Shown here: piece by piece, positions 1 to 9,741 of the stretch | How positions within the stretch are numbered: the stretch's first letter is position 1 | Layout: the number at the start of each line of letters is the position of its first letter | Source: Enterobacteria phage P922 | Reading direction: 5' to 3' (one strand) | Length of the DNA stretch: 64,000 nucleotides | Sequence record: OR999189.1 | Translations under genes and position numbers: made by a program | Notes under the pieces: model-generated | The model's input: the letters and a program-made list of their open reading frames with translations, nothing else | Told to the model about the DNA's origin: nothing | The model's database searches: none

Positions 1-475
1 TGATGAAAGTCTTTCTGGAAGATTTTCTAGAGGTAAAAAGTCTTTAATACGTCCTGGAATACTCATTAACAGTATTGAATCAATTCATTCATTGACGTGT
101 GATTTTGATGTTGAATTTACTGATTTCATTTCTCCTGAATGGACAGTTTGTTATTTAAATGACGATTATGATTATCTTGGCGTTTATAGTTTAAGTGACG
201 CGTGGTTTAGACGTAATTTACAAAAGTCAAATTTATTTTATATTGATACTACGGTAAAATTTCAGGGAAAGAAATATTTCTTTACTCTTATAGTTGACTC
301 TGAAACAAAATATGAAAATAAGCGTATTCTTAATAAAAGGAATATCTTGACTATTATTGATGATCTTTTTGATAAATTCGTGGAAAATCCTAATTTTGAA
401 AGCGATTTATTACTAGAAAAATTTGTTAAGGAATGTAGAGAATATGTCAAAGCCATCACTATACCTTCCAAGTAA
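1..475 (+). CDS. hypothetical protein, 5' end outside window; first member of a tandem paralog family
   Basis: Frame open from base 2 to stop at 473-475; C-terminal tail EKFVKECREYVK resembles tails of the next three ORFs. Confidence 0.5.
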   Translation, partial: DESLSGRFSRGKKSLIRPGILINSIESIHSLTCDFDVEFTDFISPEWTVCYLNDDYDYLGVYSLSDAWFRRNLQKSNLFYIDTTVKFQGKKYFFTLIVDSETKYENKRILNKRNILTIIDDLFDKFVENPNFESDLLLEKFVKECREYVKAITIPSK

Positions 476-836
476 ACCTGTGAAGTATGAACTAAAGCGC
501 CAGATAATTTCTACCGATGTATTAATGGGTCCTGTGGTAGCTGTATCATTTGTGATTCTGCTAATTGCTGGAATGGTTATAGACGTTATGACTGATATTG
601 AATCCGGTGTAATATTTGGAGCAACGCTAATTCTTCCATTAATAATTCCGCTTTTATTAGTACCTGTAAATTGGGTAGGATACTGGTATCAAGGAAGACA
701 TTATCGTAAACGCGTACGTGAATGGAAAGCTCAGTGTAAAAAGATTAAAAAGGAACACCAGCTTAAACTAGATATGTATGAATTTAACGAAATTATGAAA
801 TTTGTTAAGGAATCACGATGCAAAAGCCAAAACTAA
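444..836 (+). CDS. small membrane protein, paralog family (C-terminal FVKESRC tail)
   Basis: ORF track 423..836; ATG at 444; hydrophobic helices; start uncertain (TTG 423 alternative). Confidence 0.5.
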   Translation: MSKPSLYLPSKPVKYELKRQIISTDVLMGPVVAVSFVILLIAGMVIDVMTDIESGVIFGATLILPLIIPLLLVPVNWVGYWYQGRHYRKRVREWKAQCKKIKKEHQLKLDMYEFNEIMKFVKESRCKSQN

Positions 837-1180
837 ATAAAGTCAAATATTCGTTTCTCGAGGCAATGTTAATTCTTGCTGTATCAGTATTTGCAGCTCT
901 TGCGGGTAGTCTTATTGGATTAATGATTGACTGTTTTATTTTAAACGTCGATGGTTCAGCAATTATAACAGAGGTTTGGAGTGAACTTCGTTTTACTATA
1001 GCAATTTCATTATTTTCATTCTTTGGCACTATATTATATTTTCATTATGATAATTTTAAAATAAATTGGCAAAGAAAAAAGGATTACAAAATACAATTAA
1101 AAGAATATAATAACTACATGTCTTATATTGAAAATGAATCAATGAAAGAGTTTGTGAGTGATTGTAGGAAAATTAAATGA
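818..1180 (+). CDS. small membrane protein, paralog family (C-terminal FVSDCRK tail)
   Basis: ORF track; AAGGA 6 nt upstream of ATG 818; two hydrophobic segments. Confidence 0.6.
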   Translation: MQKPKLNKVKYSFLEAMLILAVSVFAALAGSLIGLMIDCFILNVDGSAIITEVWSELRFTIAISLFSFFGTILYFHYDNFKINWQRKKDYKIQLKEYNNYMSYIENESMKEFVSDCRKIK

Positions 1181-1665
1181 TTTTAAAAACTCGCTGGTAT
1201 GATTTAGATGATGGGGACGATGGCATTTCAGTTGATGGAGTTGACTGGAGTGGCTGTTCCGAAGATATGAAAAATTTGCTGATTAGGGAGTTTAGAATGG
1301 GATATCAACCAGTTAAGCCATCTACTGCAACAAATGATAAATTCGTGTGTATTCATAATGGTCGCGCTAAATTAACGAACGCTGATTGGTTCACAGATAA
1401 AATTATGATTCTGTGGTACATTATTAGTTTTCCTGTGACATCATTTGTATTTTGCTTCTTTGGAGAAAGTCCAGTAGGCAGAACGGGAGATTGGATTATT
1501 TTAACCATACTTGTTAATATTTTTACAGCAGCAATATTATCTGGGATATGGTACACGTTCATTGAAATGCCATGGCGGCTACGCAGACAACAAAAGATTT
1601 TTGATGAAAAGAAATATACTCAAAATTTAAATAACTTTATCACTGAATGCAGGAAATTAAAATGA
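1177..1665 (+). CDS. membrane protein, paralog family (C-terminal FITECRK tail)
   Basis: ORF track; ATGA start/stop overlap with previous ORF; hydrophobic segments. Confidence 0.6.
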   Translation: MILKTRWYDLDDGDDGISVDGVDWSGCSEDMKNLLIREFRMGYQPVKPSTATNDKFVCIHNGRAKLTNADWFTDKIMILWYIISFPVTSFVFCFFGESPVGRTGDWIILTILVNIFTAAILSGIWYTFIEMPWRLRRQQKIFDEKKYTQNLNNFITECRKLK

Positions 1666-2102
1666 AAACATTATCAGCTGGTATTATCTTTATGACAGAA
1701 GATAAAGATTTATTTATGGGTCGGGTTACTGGTTCTCGTAAGCCTGGAATGATGGCACATCGCTGGGATATTCCAAAGGGCCGTGTAGAAAATTCTGATT
1801 TAAGCGCATTAGATGCAGCACGAAGAGAATGTTTAGAAGAGACTGGTTTTAACAATTATAATCCAGATCTTCTAGAAGACCTAGGTGTATTTAAATATTC
1901 TAGTAATAAAGACCTACAGTTATTTTATTATACGATTCCAGTAGAGCATGAGATGTTTAGAAATTGCTATTGCGAGTCTTATTTTGAAAATAAAGATGGC
2001 GTTATGATTCCAGAGATGGATGCTTTTGCTCTTATTCCTCGTACCCAGTGGCAATATGTGATGGGCCCTTCACTTTACCGAATAATGAACAGCCTCTTTT
2101 AA
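1662..2102 (+). CDS. nudE: Nudix hydrolase (T4 NudE / e.1-like)
   Basis: Nudix box RRECLEETGF; AGGAA RBS before ATG 1662 (ATGA overlap with upstream stop); immediately upstream of lysozyme as in T4. Confidence 0.85.
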   Translation: MKTLSAGIIFMTEDKDLFMGRVTGSRKPGMMAHRWDIPKGRVENSDLSALDAARRECLEETGFNNYNPDLLEDLGVFKYSSNKDLQLFYYTIPVEHEMFRNCYCESYFENKDGVMIPEMDAFALIPRTQWQYVMGPSLYRIMNSLF

Positions 2103-2905
<803 letters not shown>

Positions 2906-2963
2906 TGTTTACTTCCTCCAAGGGTTTTGATACTATACATTCATCAACTACTTGGAGGAAATT

Positions 2964-3377
2964 ATGACCCGTATCAATTTAACACTTGTTTCTGAATTGG
3001 CCGACCAACATCTTATGGCTGAGTATCGTGAATTACCACGCGTATTTGGTGCAGTCCGTAAACATGTTCAAAACGGTAAATGTGTAAAGGATTTTAAAAT
3101 CTCTCCAACATTTATATTAGGCACAGGTCACGTAACATTCTTTTACGACAAACTCGAATTTTTACGTTTACGTCAAATCGAGCTAATCGCTGAATGCTTG
3201 AAACGTGGTTTCAAAATCAAGGACACGACTGTCCAGGATATTTCCGACATCCCTGCCGAATTTCGTAATAATTATGTCCCGGACGAAGCGTCCATTGCGA
3301 TAAGTCAAGCACGCTTAGATGAAAAAATTGCTCAACGTCCTACTTGGTACAAATACTATGGTAAATCAATTTACTAA
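2964..3377 (+). CDS. denV: endonuclease V, pyrimidine dimer DNA glycosylase (DenV)
   Basis: [34 protein letters not shown]... matches T4 DenV; GGAGG RBS before ATG 2964. Confidence 0.92.
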   Translation: MTRINLTLVSELADQHLMAEYRELPRVFGAVRKHVQNGKCVKDFKISPTFILGTGHVTFFYDKLEFLRLRQIELIAECLKRGFKIKDTTVQDISDIPAEFRNNYVPDEASIAISQARLDEKIAQRPTWYKYYGKSIY

Positions 3378-3389
3378 GGAAAAATTAAA

Positions 3390-3644
3390 ATGTATCAAGA
3401 ATTTATCGCTGAAGCAGATGCCAAAGGCCCCAAATTTAAAGTTAAAGCTTTCATTGGTGATGCCGAAGATTTTGGCTCATTAAAACGTAATGGGTATTCT
3501 TTCTCAGGCGGCAATGGTAAAGAAATAAACACCTATGCAAAACGTAGTGAAATTGCTTATGTTGTAGTAAGCCCTAAAGTAGATGTTGACGATATTGGAT
3601 ACGATTTTAACAACTTCGGAATTATTTCTGGCGGTAAAGCTTAA
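3390..3644 (+). CDS. internal protein-like small protein
   Basis: Starts MYQEFIAEA, a CTS-like motif lacking the KT dipeptide; 84 aa. Confidence 0.55.
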   Translation: MYQEFIAEADAKGPKFKVKAFIGDAEDFGSLKRNGYSFSGGNGKEINTYAKRSEIAYVVVSPKVDVDDIGYDFNNFGIISGGKA

Positions 3645-3705
3645 ACAGTTTACGCTTAAGTATTAATATGGTATAATTACTCTATCAAAACAAACAAGGA
3701 AACAC

Positions 3706-4281
3706 ATGAAAACGTATAAAGAATTTATCGCTGAAGCTTCTGTGGAAAAGGCCAAAGGCATTAATAAAGATGAGTGGACTTACCGAGGAAATGGTTTTGA
3801 CCCTAAAACAGCCCCTATTGAACGATACTTAGCTACAAAAGCTTCCGACTTTAAAGCTTTCGCTTGGGAAGGACTTCGCTGGTGTACTGATCTAAATATT
3901 GAAGTTGATGGGCTTAAATTTGGCCATATTCAAGATGTTGTTGCTAGTAACTTGGACGCAGCTTTTGTTAAAGCTGACGGTGACCTTCGTCGCTGGAATT
4001 TAAAATTATTCTCTAAACAGAAAGGCCCAGTGTTTGTGCCTAAAGCTGGTAAATGGGTTATTGATAATAAATTAGCTAAGGCTGTCAACTTCGCCGGTCT
4101 TGAATTTGCCAAGCACAAATCGGCATGGAAAGGTCTTGATGCAATGGCTTTCCGTAAAGAATTCGCCGAGGTTATGACTAAAGGCGGCTTTAAGGCAGAA
4201 CTAGATACCTCTAAAGGTACGTTTAAAGACGCTAATGTTCAGTATGCTTACGCCGTTGCTAATGCAGCCCGTGGTAATTAA
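3706..4281 (+). CDS. ipIII: internal protein III-like (IPIII)
   Basis: MKTYKEFIAEASVEKAKGINKDEWTYRGNGFDPKTAPIERYLATKASDFKAFAWEGLRW... resembles T4 IPIII; CTS present. Confidence 0.8.
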   Translation: MKTYKEFIAEASVEKAKGINKDEWTYRGNGFDPKTAPIERYLATKASDFKAFAWEGLRWCTDLNIEVDGLKFGHIQDVVASNLDAAFVKADGDLRRWNLKLFSKQKGPVFVPKAGKWVIDNKLAKAVNFAGLEFAKHKSAWKGLDAMAFRKEFAEVMTKGGFKAELDTSKGTFKDANVQYAYAVANAARGN

Positions 4282-4283
4282 TA

Positions 4284-4306
4284 AGGCCGATACTTAGGCC
4301 TATTTA
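4284..4306 (+). terminator. hairpin after IPIII gene (weak terminator candidate)
   Basis: AGGCC-8 nt loop-GGCCT followed by TATTT. Confidence 0.35.
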
Positions 4307-4458
4307 CATTCAAATAACATGGGAACAAGCTGGACCTCATGATTCTATGAGAGATTCCCGCCAACCTGTAATAAGGTCGAGCCCAAGTGCGGTAATGGGT
4401 AAATACAGAAATGGACAATTCATGCGCCATGGAATGGCCCAAATTTAGAGAGAATAAA

Positions 4459-5001
4459 ATGAGAACATTTTTAACTGGTCCTTATCTATCCCTGATGAAT
4501 GCTTTTACACACCATTCTGATGCTAGAGTAGAAGAAATTTGTAATAGTGGATTTTATGTACCTGATTCGTCGCATTTATTTAAAGAATATTGTACACTTC
4601 GTTTAGATGGTGGCAGACAATCTGGTAAATCAACTGCAGTAACTAATTTTGCCGCTAATTGGTTGTATGACGGTGGAACAGTTATTGTTCTTTCTAATAC
4701 TTCAGCTTACGCTAAAATTTCTGCGGGCCACATTAAAAAAGAATTTTCGCGTTATTCTAGCGATGATATTCGATTCCGCTTATTTACTGATTCTGTGCGC
4801 AGTTTTATTGGGAATAAAGGAAGCAAGTTCAGAGGTTTATCGCTTTCGCGGATTTTGTATATAATCGATGAGCCTGTTAAATCTCCTGATATGGATAAAA
4901 TTTACGATATTCATATTGAAACTGTGCACCACTGTTGCAATAGTAAATGCTGCATTGGCGGTATTACTCGTCCGCAGTTTTTCGTAATTGGGATGCAATG
5001 A
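4459..5001 (+). CDS. small P-loop NTPase (Walker A GGRQSGKST, Walker B LYIIDEP)
   Basis: ORF track 4411..5001; start at ATG 4459 chosen for weak GAGAG RBS; ATGs at 4411/4429 also possible. Confidence 0.55.
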   Translation: MRTFLTGPYLSLMNAFTHHSDARVEEICNSGFYVPDSSHLFKEYCTLRLDGGRQSGKSTAVTNFAANWLYDGGTVIVLSNTSAYAKISAGHIKKEFSRYSSDDIRFRLFTDSVRSFIGNKGSKFRGLSLSRILYIIDEPVKSPDMDKIYDIHIETVHHCCNSKCCIGGITRPQFFVIGMQ

Positions 5002-5327
5002 TGACAGATACGCAACTTTTCGAATATCTTTATTTTTCGCCAAAAACTATTAAAAATAAATTGGTGAATCATTTTGAAATTTTGGCAAATAACAACGTCT
5101 TGAGCGAATTTTATCCCAAGCAATACAAATTACAAAAAGGTGTATTCAAAGGATGCAGAGTTTTGTGCACTGCTCCTAATGCAAGATTAATGAATAAAAT
5201 TCCATATTTTACCATGGAATTTATTGATGGACCTTTTAAAGGACTAATCACCCAAAGTTTAATGGCATATGATTCTGAGCCATTTTTAATTAAAGAACAA
5301 TCTTGGATAAATTTATTTTCTAATTGA
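4998..5327 (+). CDS. hypothetical protein
   Basis: ORF track 4947..5327; ATG 4998 overlaps upstream stop (ATGATGA). Confidence 0.45.
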   Translation: MMTDTQLFEYLYFSPKTIKNKLVNHFEILANNNVLSEFYPKQYKLQKGVFKGCRVLCTAPNARLMNKIPYFTMEFIDGPFKGLITQSLMAYDSEPFLIKEQSWINLFSN

Positions 5328-5335
5328 GAGGTTAT

Positions 5336-5698
5336 ATGAAAGCATACCAAATTCTTGAAGGCACACATAAAGGTACTATTTATTTTGAAGATGGTATTCA
5401 AGCACGAATTATTGTTTCTAAAACCTTTAAAGAGGATTCTTTTGTAGACCCAGAAATTTTCTATGGTTTGCATGCCCGTGAAATTGAAATTGAAACACAA
5501 CCTACAGTTAAAATCGAGGGTGGTCAACACCTGAACGTTAACGTTCTGCGTCGTGAAACTCTGGAAGATGCAGTTAAGCATCCGGAAAAATATCCGCAGC
5601 TGACCATCCGTGTATCCGGTTATGCAGTTCGCTTTAACTCTCTGACTCCGGAACAGCAGCGCGACGTTATCGCTCGTACCTTTACTGAGAGTTTGTAA
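5336..5698 (+). CDS. GrcA/YfiD-like autonomous glycyl-radical cofactor
   Basis: C-terminal ~60 aa [59 protein letters not shown] with RVSGY glycyl radical motif; GAGAGG RBS. Confidence 0.85.
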   Translation: MKAYQILEGTHKGTIYFEDGIQARIIVSKTFKEDSFVDPEIFYGLHAREIEIETQPTVKIEGGQHLNVNVLRRETLEDAVKHPEKYPQLTIRVSGYAVRFNSLTPEQQRDVIARTFTESL

Positions 5699-5919
5699 TG
5701 GCAAAGATAATTATTGAAGGTTCTAAAGATGTGCTAAATGCTTTCGCCGAGTGGTTTAGTAATTCAGGCGAACAGCAATTTAATGAAGCATGGAACATGG
5801 GTGATATTAGTGGAATTTATCCTACGACAGAAATTTCTGTTCAGGGATATGGCATTCATGAACCTATTCGTTTAGTTGAATATGATTTGGGTACTGGTGA
5901 GGAAGTAAAATATGATTGA
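5698..5919 (+). CDS. hypothetical small protein
   Basis: ORF track; ATG overlaps upstream stop. Confidence 0.45.
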   Translation: MAKIIIEGSKDVLNAFAEWFSNSGEQQFNEAWNMGDISGIYPTTEISVQGYGIHEPIRLVEYDLGTGEEVKYD

Positions 5920-6178
5920 AGATATTAAGGGTTATAAGCCACATACTGAAGAGAAAATCGGTAAAGTGAATGCTATCAAAGATGCTGAAGTTCGTTTAGG
6001 ACTTATCTTTGACGCTTTATACGATGAATTCTGGGAAGCACTAGATAATTGCGAAGACTACGAATTCGCAAAGAATTATGCTGAAAGCCTCGATCAGCTA
6101 ACTATTGCTAAAACGAAACTCAAAGAAGCCAGTATGTGGGCTTGTCGTGCTGTGTTCCAACCAGAGGAAAAATATTAA
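5912..6178 (+). CDS. hypothetical small protein (vs.4 position by gene order)
   Basis: ORF track; position between denV cluster and regB. Confidence 0.45.
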   Translation: MIEDIKGYKPHTEEKIGKVNAIKDAEVRLGLIFDALYDEFWEALDNCEDYEFAKNYAESLDQLTIAKTKLKEASMWACRAVFQPEEKY

Positions 6179-6456
6179 TGGCTCAATTAAGCGCAGGGTT
6201 TGGTTATGAGTATTATACTGCCCCTCGTCGTGTATCTGTTGCTCCTAAGAAAATTCAAAGTCTTGATGACTTCCAGGAAGTAGTCCGCAAAGCTTTCCAG
6301 GACTATGCACGTTATCTTAAAGAAGATTCACAGGACTGTCTCGAAGAAGATGAAATTGCTTACTATGAGCAGCGTCTTGAACAGCTTAAAAACCTACATG
6401 AGGTTCGTGCAGAAGTTACAAAGTCTATGAATAAATTGATTAGATTTAAAGAATAA
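6178..6456 (+). CDS. hypothetical small protein
   Basis: ORF track 6136..6456; ATG 6178 overlaps upstream stop (TAATG). Confidence 0.45.
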   Translation: MAQLSAGFGYEYYTAPRRVSVAPKKIQSLDDFQEVVRKAFQDYARYLKEDSQDCLEEDEIAYYEQRLEQLKNLHEVRAEVTKSMNKLIRFKE

Positions 6457-6458
6457 TT

Positions 6459-6488
6459 GTTTACTTTTCCTCTTGACTGTGGTATAAT
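6459..6488 (+). promoter_or_regulatory. T4-type early promoter upstream of regB
   Basis: GTTTAC 6459-6464, 18 nt spacer, TGGTATAAT with -10 at 6483-6488; AGAGGAG RBS follows. Confidence 0.6.
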
Positions 6489-6515
6489 TTTTCTATCAGT
6501 TAAGAGGAGAATAAC

Positions 6516-6977
6516 ATGACTATCAACACAGAAGTTTTTATCCGTCGAAATAAGCTCCGTCGTCACTTTGAGTCGGAGTTTCGTCAAATTAACAATGAGA
6601 TTCGTGAGGCATCAAAAGCAGCAGGGGTCTCATCGTTTCATCTAAAATATTCTCAGCATCTTCTTGATCGTGCAATTCAACGGGAGATTGATGAGACATA
6701 TGTTTTTGAATTATTCCACAAAATAAAAGACCATGTTTTAGAAGTTAATGAATTCCTGAGTATGCCTCCGCGTCCTGACATTGACGAGGATTTTATTGAT
6801 GGGGTTGAATATCGTCCTGGGCGTTTAGAAATCACAGATGGAAATCTTTGGCTTGGATTTACAGTTTGTAAACCTAATGCGAAGTTCAAAGACCCGTCGC
6901 TTCAGTGCAGGATGGCAATTATTAACAGTCGTCGTTTACCAGGAAAGGCTTCTAAAGCAGTAATTAAAACTCAATGA
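6516..6977 (+). CDS. regB: RegB site-specific endoribonuclease
   Basis: 153 aa, MTINTEVFIRRNKLRRHFESEF...; size and position match T4 RegB. Confidence 0.8.
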   Translation: MTINTEVFIRRNKLRRHFESEFRQINNEIREASKAAGVSSFHLKYSQHLLDRAIQREIDETYVFELFHKIKDHVLEVNEFLSMPPRPDIDEDFIDGVEYRPGRLEITDGNLWLGFTVCKPNAKFKDPSLQCRMAIINSRRLPGKASKAVIKTQ

Positions 6978-6984
6978 GGTAAGC

Positions 6985-7530
6985 ATGAGAAAAGCACTAC
7001 TCGCTGGTCTATTGGCCATTTCAATGATGGCACATAGCTCCGAGCATACTTTCAGTAATGTCCAACTCGATAACATGCGTTACGCATATCAATTCGGGGA
7101 ACAATTTTCTAAGGATGGAAAATATAAAACACACAAAAATATCCACAAGAGTGGATTAGGTCATATAATGGCTGCTATTTTATGGCAAGAAAGCTCTGCC
7201 GGAGTTAATTTAAAATCTAAACCAAAGCATCATGCCTATGGAATGTTCCAAAATTATTTGCCGACCATGCGAGCAAGAGTTAAGGAACTTGGTTATAATA
7301 TGACCGATGCTGAAATAAAAAGAATGTTGAATAAACGGTCCAATTCAGCTTCCTGGGCGTACATTGAACTTTCTTATTGGTTAAATATACATAAGGGCGA
7401 TATAAGAAAGGCAATATCCTCTTATAATTCGGGATGGAATGTTAAAGCAGGTTCTAAATATGCTTCTGAAGTCCTAGAAAAGGCTAACTACCTTAAAAAT
7501 AATAAACTGTTGGAAATAGTAAATGACTAA
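6985..7530 (+). CDS. secreted/periplasmic protein with signal peptide
   Basis: N-terminal MRKALLAGLLAISMMAHSSEH signal peptide; 181 aa. Confidence 0.6.
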   Translation: MRKALLAGLLAISMMAHSSEHTFSNVQLDNMRYAYQFGEQFSKDGKYKTHKNIHKSGLGHIMAAILWQESSAGVNLKSKPKHHAYGMFQNYLPTMRARVKELGYNMTDAEIKRMLNKRSNSASWAYIELSYWLNIHKGDIRKAISSYNSGWNVKAGSKYASEVLEKANYLKNNKLLEIVND

Positions 7531-7864
7531 AATTTTGGTTTTATGTGTAGGATTAATTTCATTTTCTGCGTTAGCAAATACATCATACACTGAAATTAGA
7601 GAGTATGTAAACCGTACTGCCGCGGATTATTGTGGGAAAAATAAAGCATGCCAAGCTGAATTTGCGCAGAAATTAATATATGCATATAAAGACGGAGAAA
7701 GAGATAAATCAAGCAGATATAAAAATGATACTTTATTAAAACGATATGCTAAAAAGTGGAATACCTTAGAATGTTCAGTTGCGGAGGAGAAAGATAAAGC
7801 CGCTTGTCATTCAATGGTTGACCGTTTGGTAGATTCTTATAATCGAGGATTGAGTACTAGATGA
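7523..7864 (+). CDS. secreted/periplasmic small protein with signal peptide
   Basis: N-terminal MTKILVLCVGLISFSALA signal peptide; four Cys; 113 aa. Confidence 0.6.
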   Translation: MTKILVLCVGLISFSALANTSYTEIREYVNRTAADYCGKNKACQAEFAQKLIYAYKDGERDKSSRYKNDTLLKRYAKKWNTLECSVAEEKDKAACHSMVDRLVDSYNRGLSTR

Positions 7865-8340
7865 TTGTAAAATATATCAAGGGCGATATTGTCGCCCTAT
7901 TTCTTCAAGGTAATATTATTGCGCACGGATGCAACTGCTTCCACACAATGGGCTCTGGTGTAGCGGGTCAATTAGCAAGAGCCTATCCCAAAATTTTAGA
8001 AATAGATAAAACCACTACCGAATACGGTTCTCGTGATAAATTAGGCGATATGTCTATTGTTTTTAAGCATAGTCCTACGGGATTTGGTATATGCTATAAC
8101 CTGTATACGCAATACGAACCGGGTCCTAATCTTGATTATGGTGCTTTAGTAAATTGCATGATAGAATTAAATCTACAGGCAGAAACCCTTTTGTTTAAAC
8201 CAGTAATTTACATTCCACGCATAGGTTGTGGTATTGCTGGCGGTGATTGGGATAAGGTTTCTAAATTAATCGACATGTTTACTCCTGATATTGATTTAAT
8301 AGTGGTGGATTATGAAAGCACATTACCCACATCCGTTTGA
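7861..8340 (+). CDS. macro domain (ADP-ribose binding/processing) protein
   Basis: Motifs GCNCFHTMGSGVAGQLA and IGCGIAGGDWDKV resemble the two glycine-rich loops of macro domains. Confidence 0.65.
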   Translation: MIVKYIKGDIVALFLQGNIIAHGCNCFHTMGSGVAGQLARAYPKILEIDKTTTEYGSRDKLGDMSIVFKHSPTGFGICYNLYTQYEPGPNLDYGALVNCMIELNLQAETLLFKPVIYIPRIGCGIAGGDWDKVSKLIDMFTPDIDLIVVDYESTLPTSV

Positions 8341-8524
8341 CCCTAAAAATAAAGTGGAAATTATTCGTCAATGGGAACGCATTTGCCGTACTAAATGCCC
8401 AATTAATAGTCTACATGATGTAGATAAAGACTACATCGGAACATTCGTTGAATATACCTTTATTGATAAGAAAGGTCGTAAACAACATGTAGAAGAATAT
8501 TGCTTAAAGGTTACATGGTTATGA
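8312..8524 (+). CDS. hypothetical small protein
   Basis: ORF track; overlaps end of macro-domain gene. Confidence 0.4.
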   Translation: MKAHYPHPFDPKNKVEIIRQWERICRTKCPINSLHDVDKDYIGTFVEYTFIDKKGRKQHVEEYCLKVTWL

Positions 8525-8706
8525 GTTTAAGTAAAGAACAAAAAGACAGACTGTTTTCTCTTATTCACGAAGTTATGGATAAAAATAGTGAATTGGAAAA
8601 AGTTTGCGATGAATGCGGTCCTTTTAATACCGACGAATACGAAGAACTGTGTAAAGATTTCGACGATAAAGAACAAGAACTTATTGATTATATAAATTCC
8701 TTATGA
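8500..8706 (+). CDS. hypothetical small acidic protein
   Basis: ORF track. Confidence 0.4.
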   Translation: MLKGYMVMSLSKEQKDRLFSLIHEVMDKNSELEKVCDECGPFNTDEYEELCKDFDDKEQELIDYINSL

Positions 8707-8891
8707 TTACTCGCGAACAAAAGAATGAAATACGATTTTTAATCAGCGAAATTACTAGTTTAGAACGAGATTTATCTTTTGAATTGGCTTCGGATTATGG
8801 AGATGCTGAAACATACTACGAATTAGTAAAATCTATCGATAAAGCTGAAAATGATTTAGAAACATATTTAGAAAATTTAACTAAGGACTAA
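8703..8891 (+). CDS. hypothetical small acidic protein
   Basis: ORF track. Confidence 0.4.
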   Translation: MITREQKNEIRFLISEITSLERDLSFELASDYGDAETYYELVKSIDKAENDLETYLENLTKD

Positions 8892-8892
8892 G

Positions 8893-9474
8893 ATGGCGAG
8901 TTTAATTTTTACTTATGCAGCAATGAATGCTGGAAAATCTGCTTCTCTTTTGACTGCTGCACATAATTATAAAGAACGTGGAATGAGTGTATTAGTTCTT
9001 AAACCTGCTATTGATACTCGCGATTCTGTCTGTGAAGTCGTTTCTCGCATTGGAATTAAACAGGAAGCGAATATTATTACGGATGATATGGATATTTTTG
9101 AGTTCTATAAATGGGCTGAAGCACAAAAAGATATTCATTGTGTATTTGTAGATGAAGCACAGTTTTTAAAAACTGAACAGGTGCATCAATTAAGCCGAAT
9201 TGTCGATACATATAATGTTCCTGTTATGGCTTATGGTCTAAGGACTGATTTCGCCGGAAAATTATTTGAAGGTTCTAAAGAACTTTTGGCGATTGCGGAT
9301 AAACTTATTGAACTAAAGGCAGTTTGTCATTGCGGTAAAAAAGCGATTATGACAGCTCGATTAATGGAAGATGGAACACCAGTTAAAGAAGGTAATCAAA
9401 TCTGTATTGGTGATGAAATTTATGTTTCTTTGTGTAGAAAACATTGGAACGAATTAACTAAAAAGCTCGGTTAG
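8893..9474 (+). CDS. tk: thymidine kinase
   Basis: P-loop AAMNAGKSASLL, VFVDEAQF, zinc ligand CHCG; 193 aa as in T4 Tk. Confidence 0.95.
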   Translation: MASLIFTYAAMNAGKSASLLTAAHNYKERGMSVLVLKPAIDTRDSVCEVVSRIGIKQEANIITDDMDIFEFYKWAEAQKDIHCVFVDEAQFLKTEQVHQLSRIVDTYNVPVMAYGLRTDFAGKLFEGSKELLAIADKLIELKAVCHCGKKAIMTARLMEDGTPVKEGNQICIGDEIYVSLCRKHWNELTKKLG

Positions 9475-9483
9475 TGCAAAAGT

Positions 9484-9491
9484 TATAAATA
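9484..9491 (+). promoter_or_regulatory. late promoter motif TATAAATA
   Basis: Exact TATAAATA 26 nt upstream of ATG 9517. Confidence 0.45.
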
Positions 9492-9516
9492 GGTTTATCT
9501 AACTAAAGGGGTATAT

Positions 9517-9729
9517 ATGCTACAATTAACTGAAAAGCAACTTCGCAATCTTACTGTGCTTCAATTAGATGAAATTCGTAGGGAAGTTGGAAATATCATT
9601 TCAGCTTTGCGTCGAGAAGTATCACTCAACCAATCTCCGGCAGACTATACTAGATTGCGAAATTTTGAAAAATACCTTGATAAAGTTAAGGCCGTGCATC
9701 GGCATAAAGTAAATACAGGACAAAAATGA
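9517..9729 (+). CDS. hypothetical small protein (rI.1 position)
   Basis: ORF track; GGGG RBS. Confidence 0.5.
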
Positions 9730-9741
9730 TAGGAGGCCTTT

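Noticed and set aside
4290-4410. Possible tRNA gene in the GC-rich intergenic patch
   Set aside because: No cloverleaf can be drawn and no T-loop GTTCRANYC motif; the tRNA cluster of T-even phages lies elsewhere.
5111-5704. 197-aa minus-strand ORF
   Set aside because: Overlaps the GrcA-like gene and its neighbour on the + strand; no start context; likely spurious.
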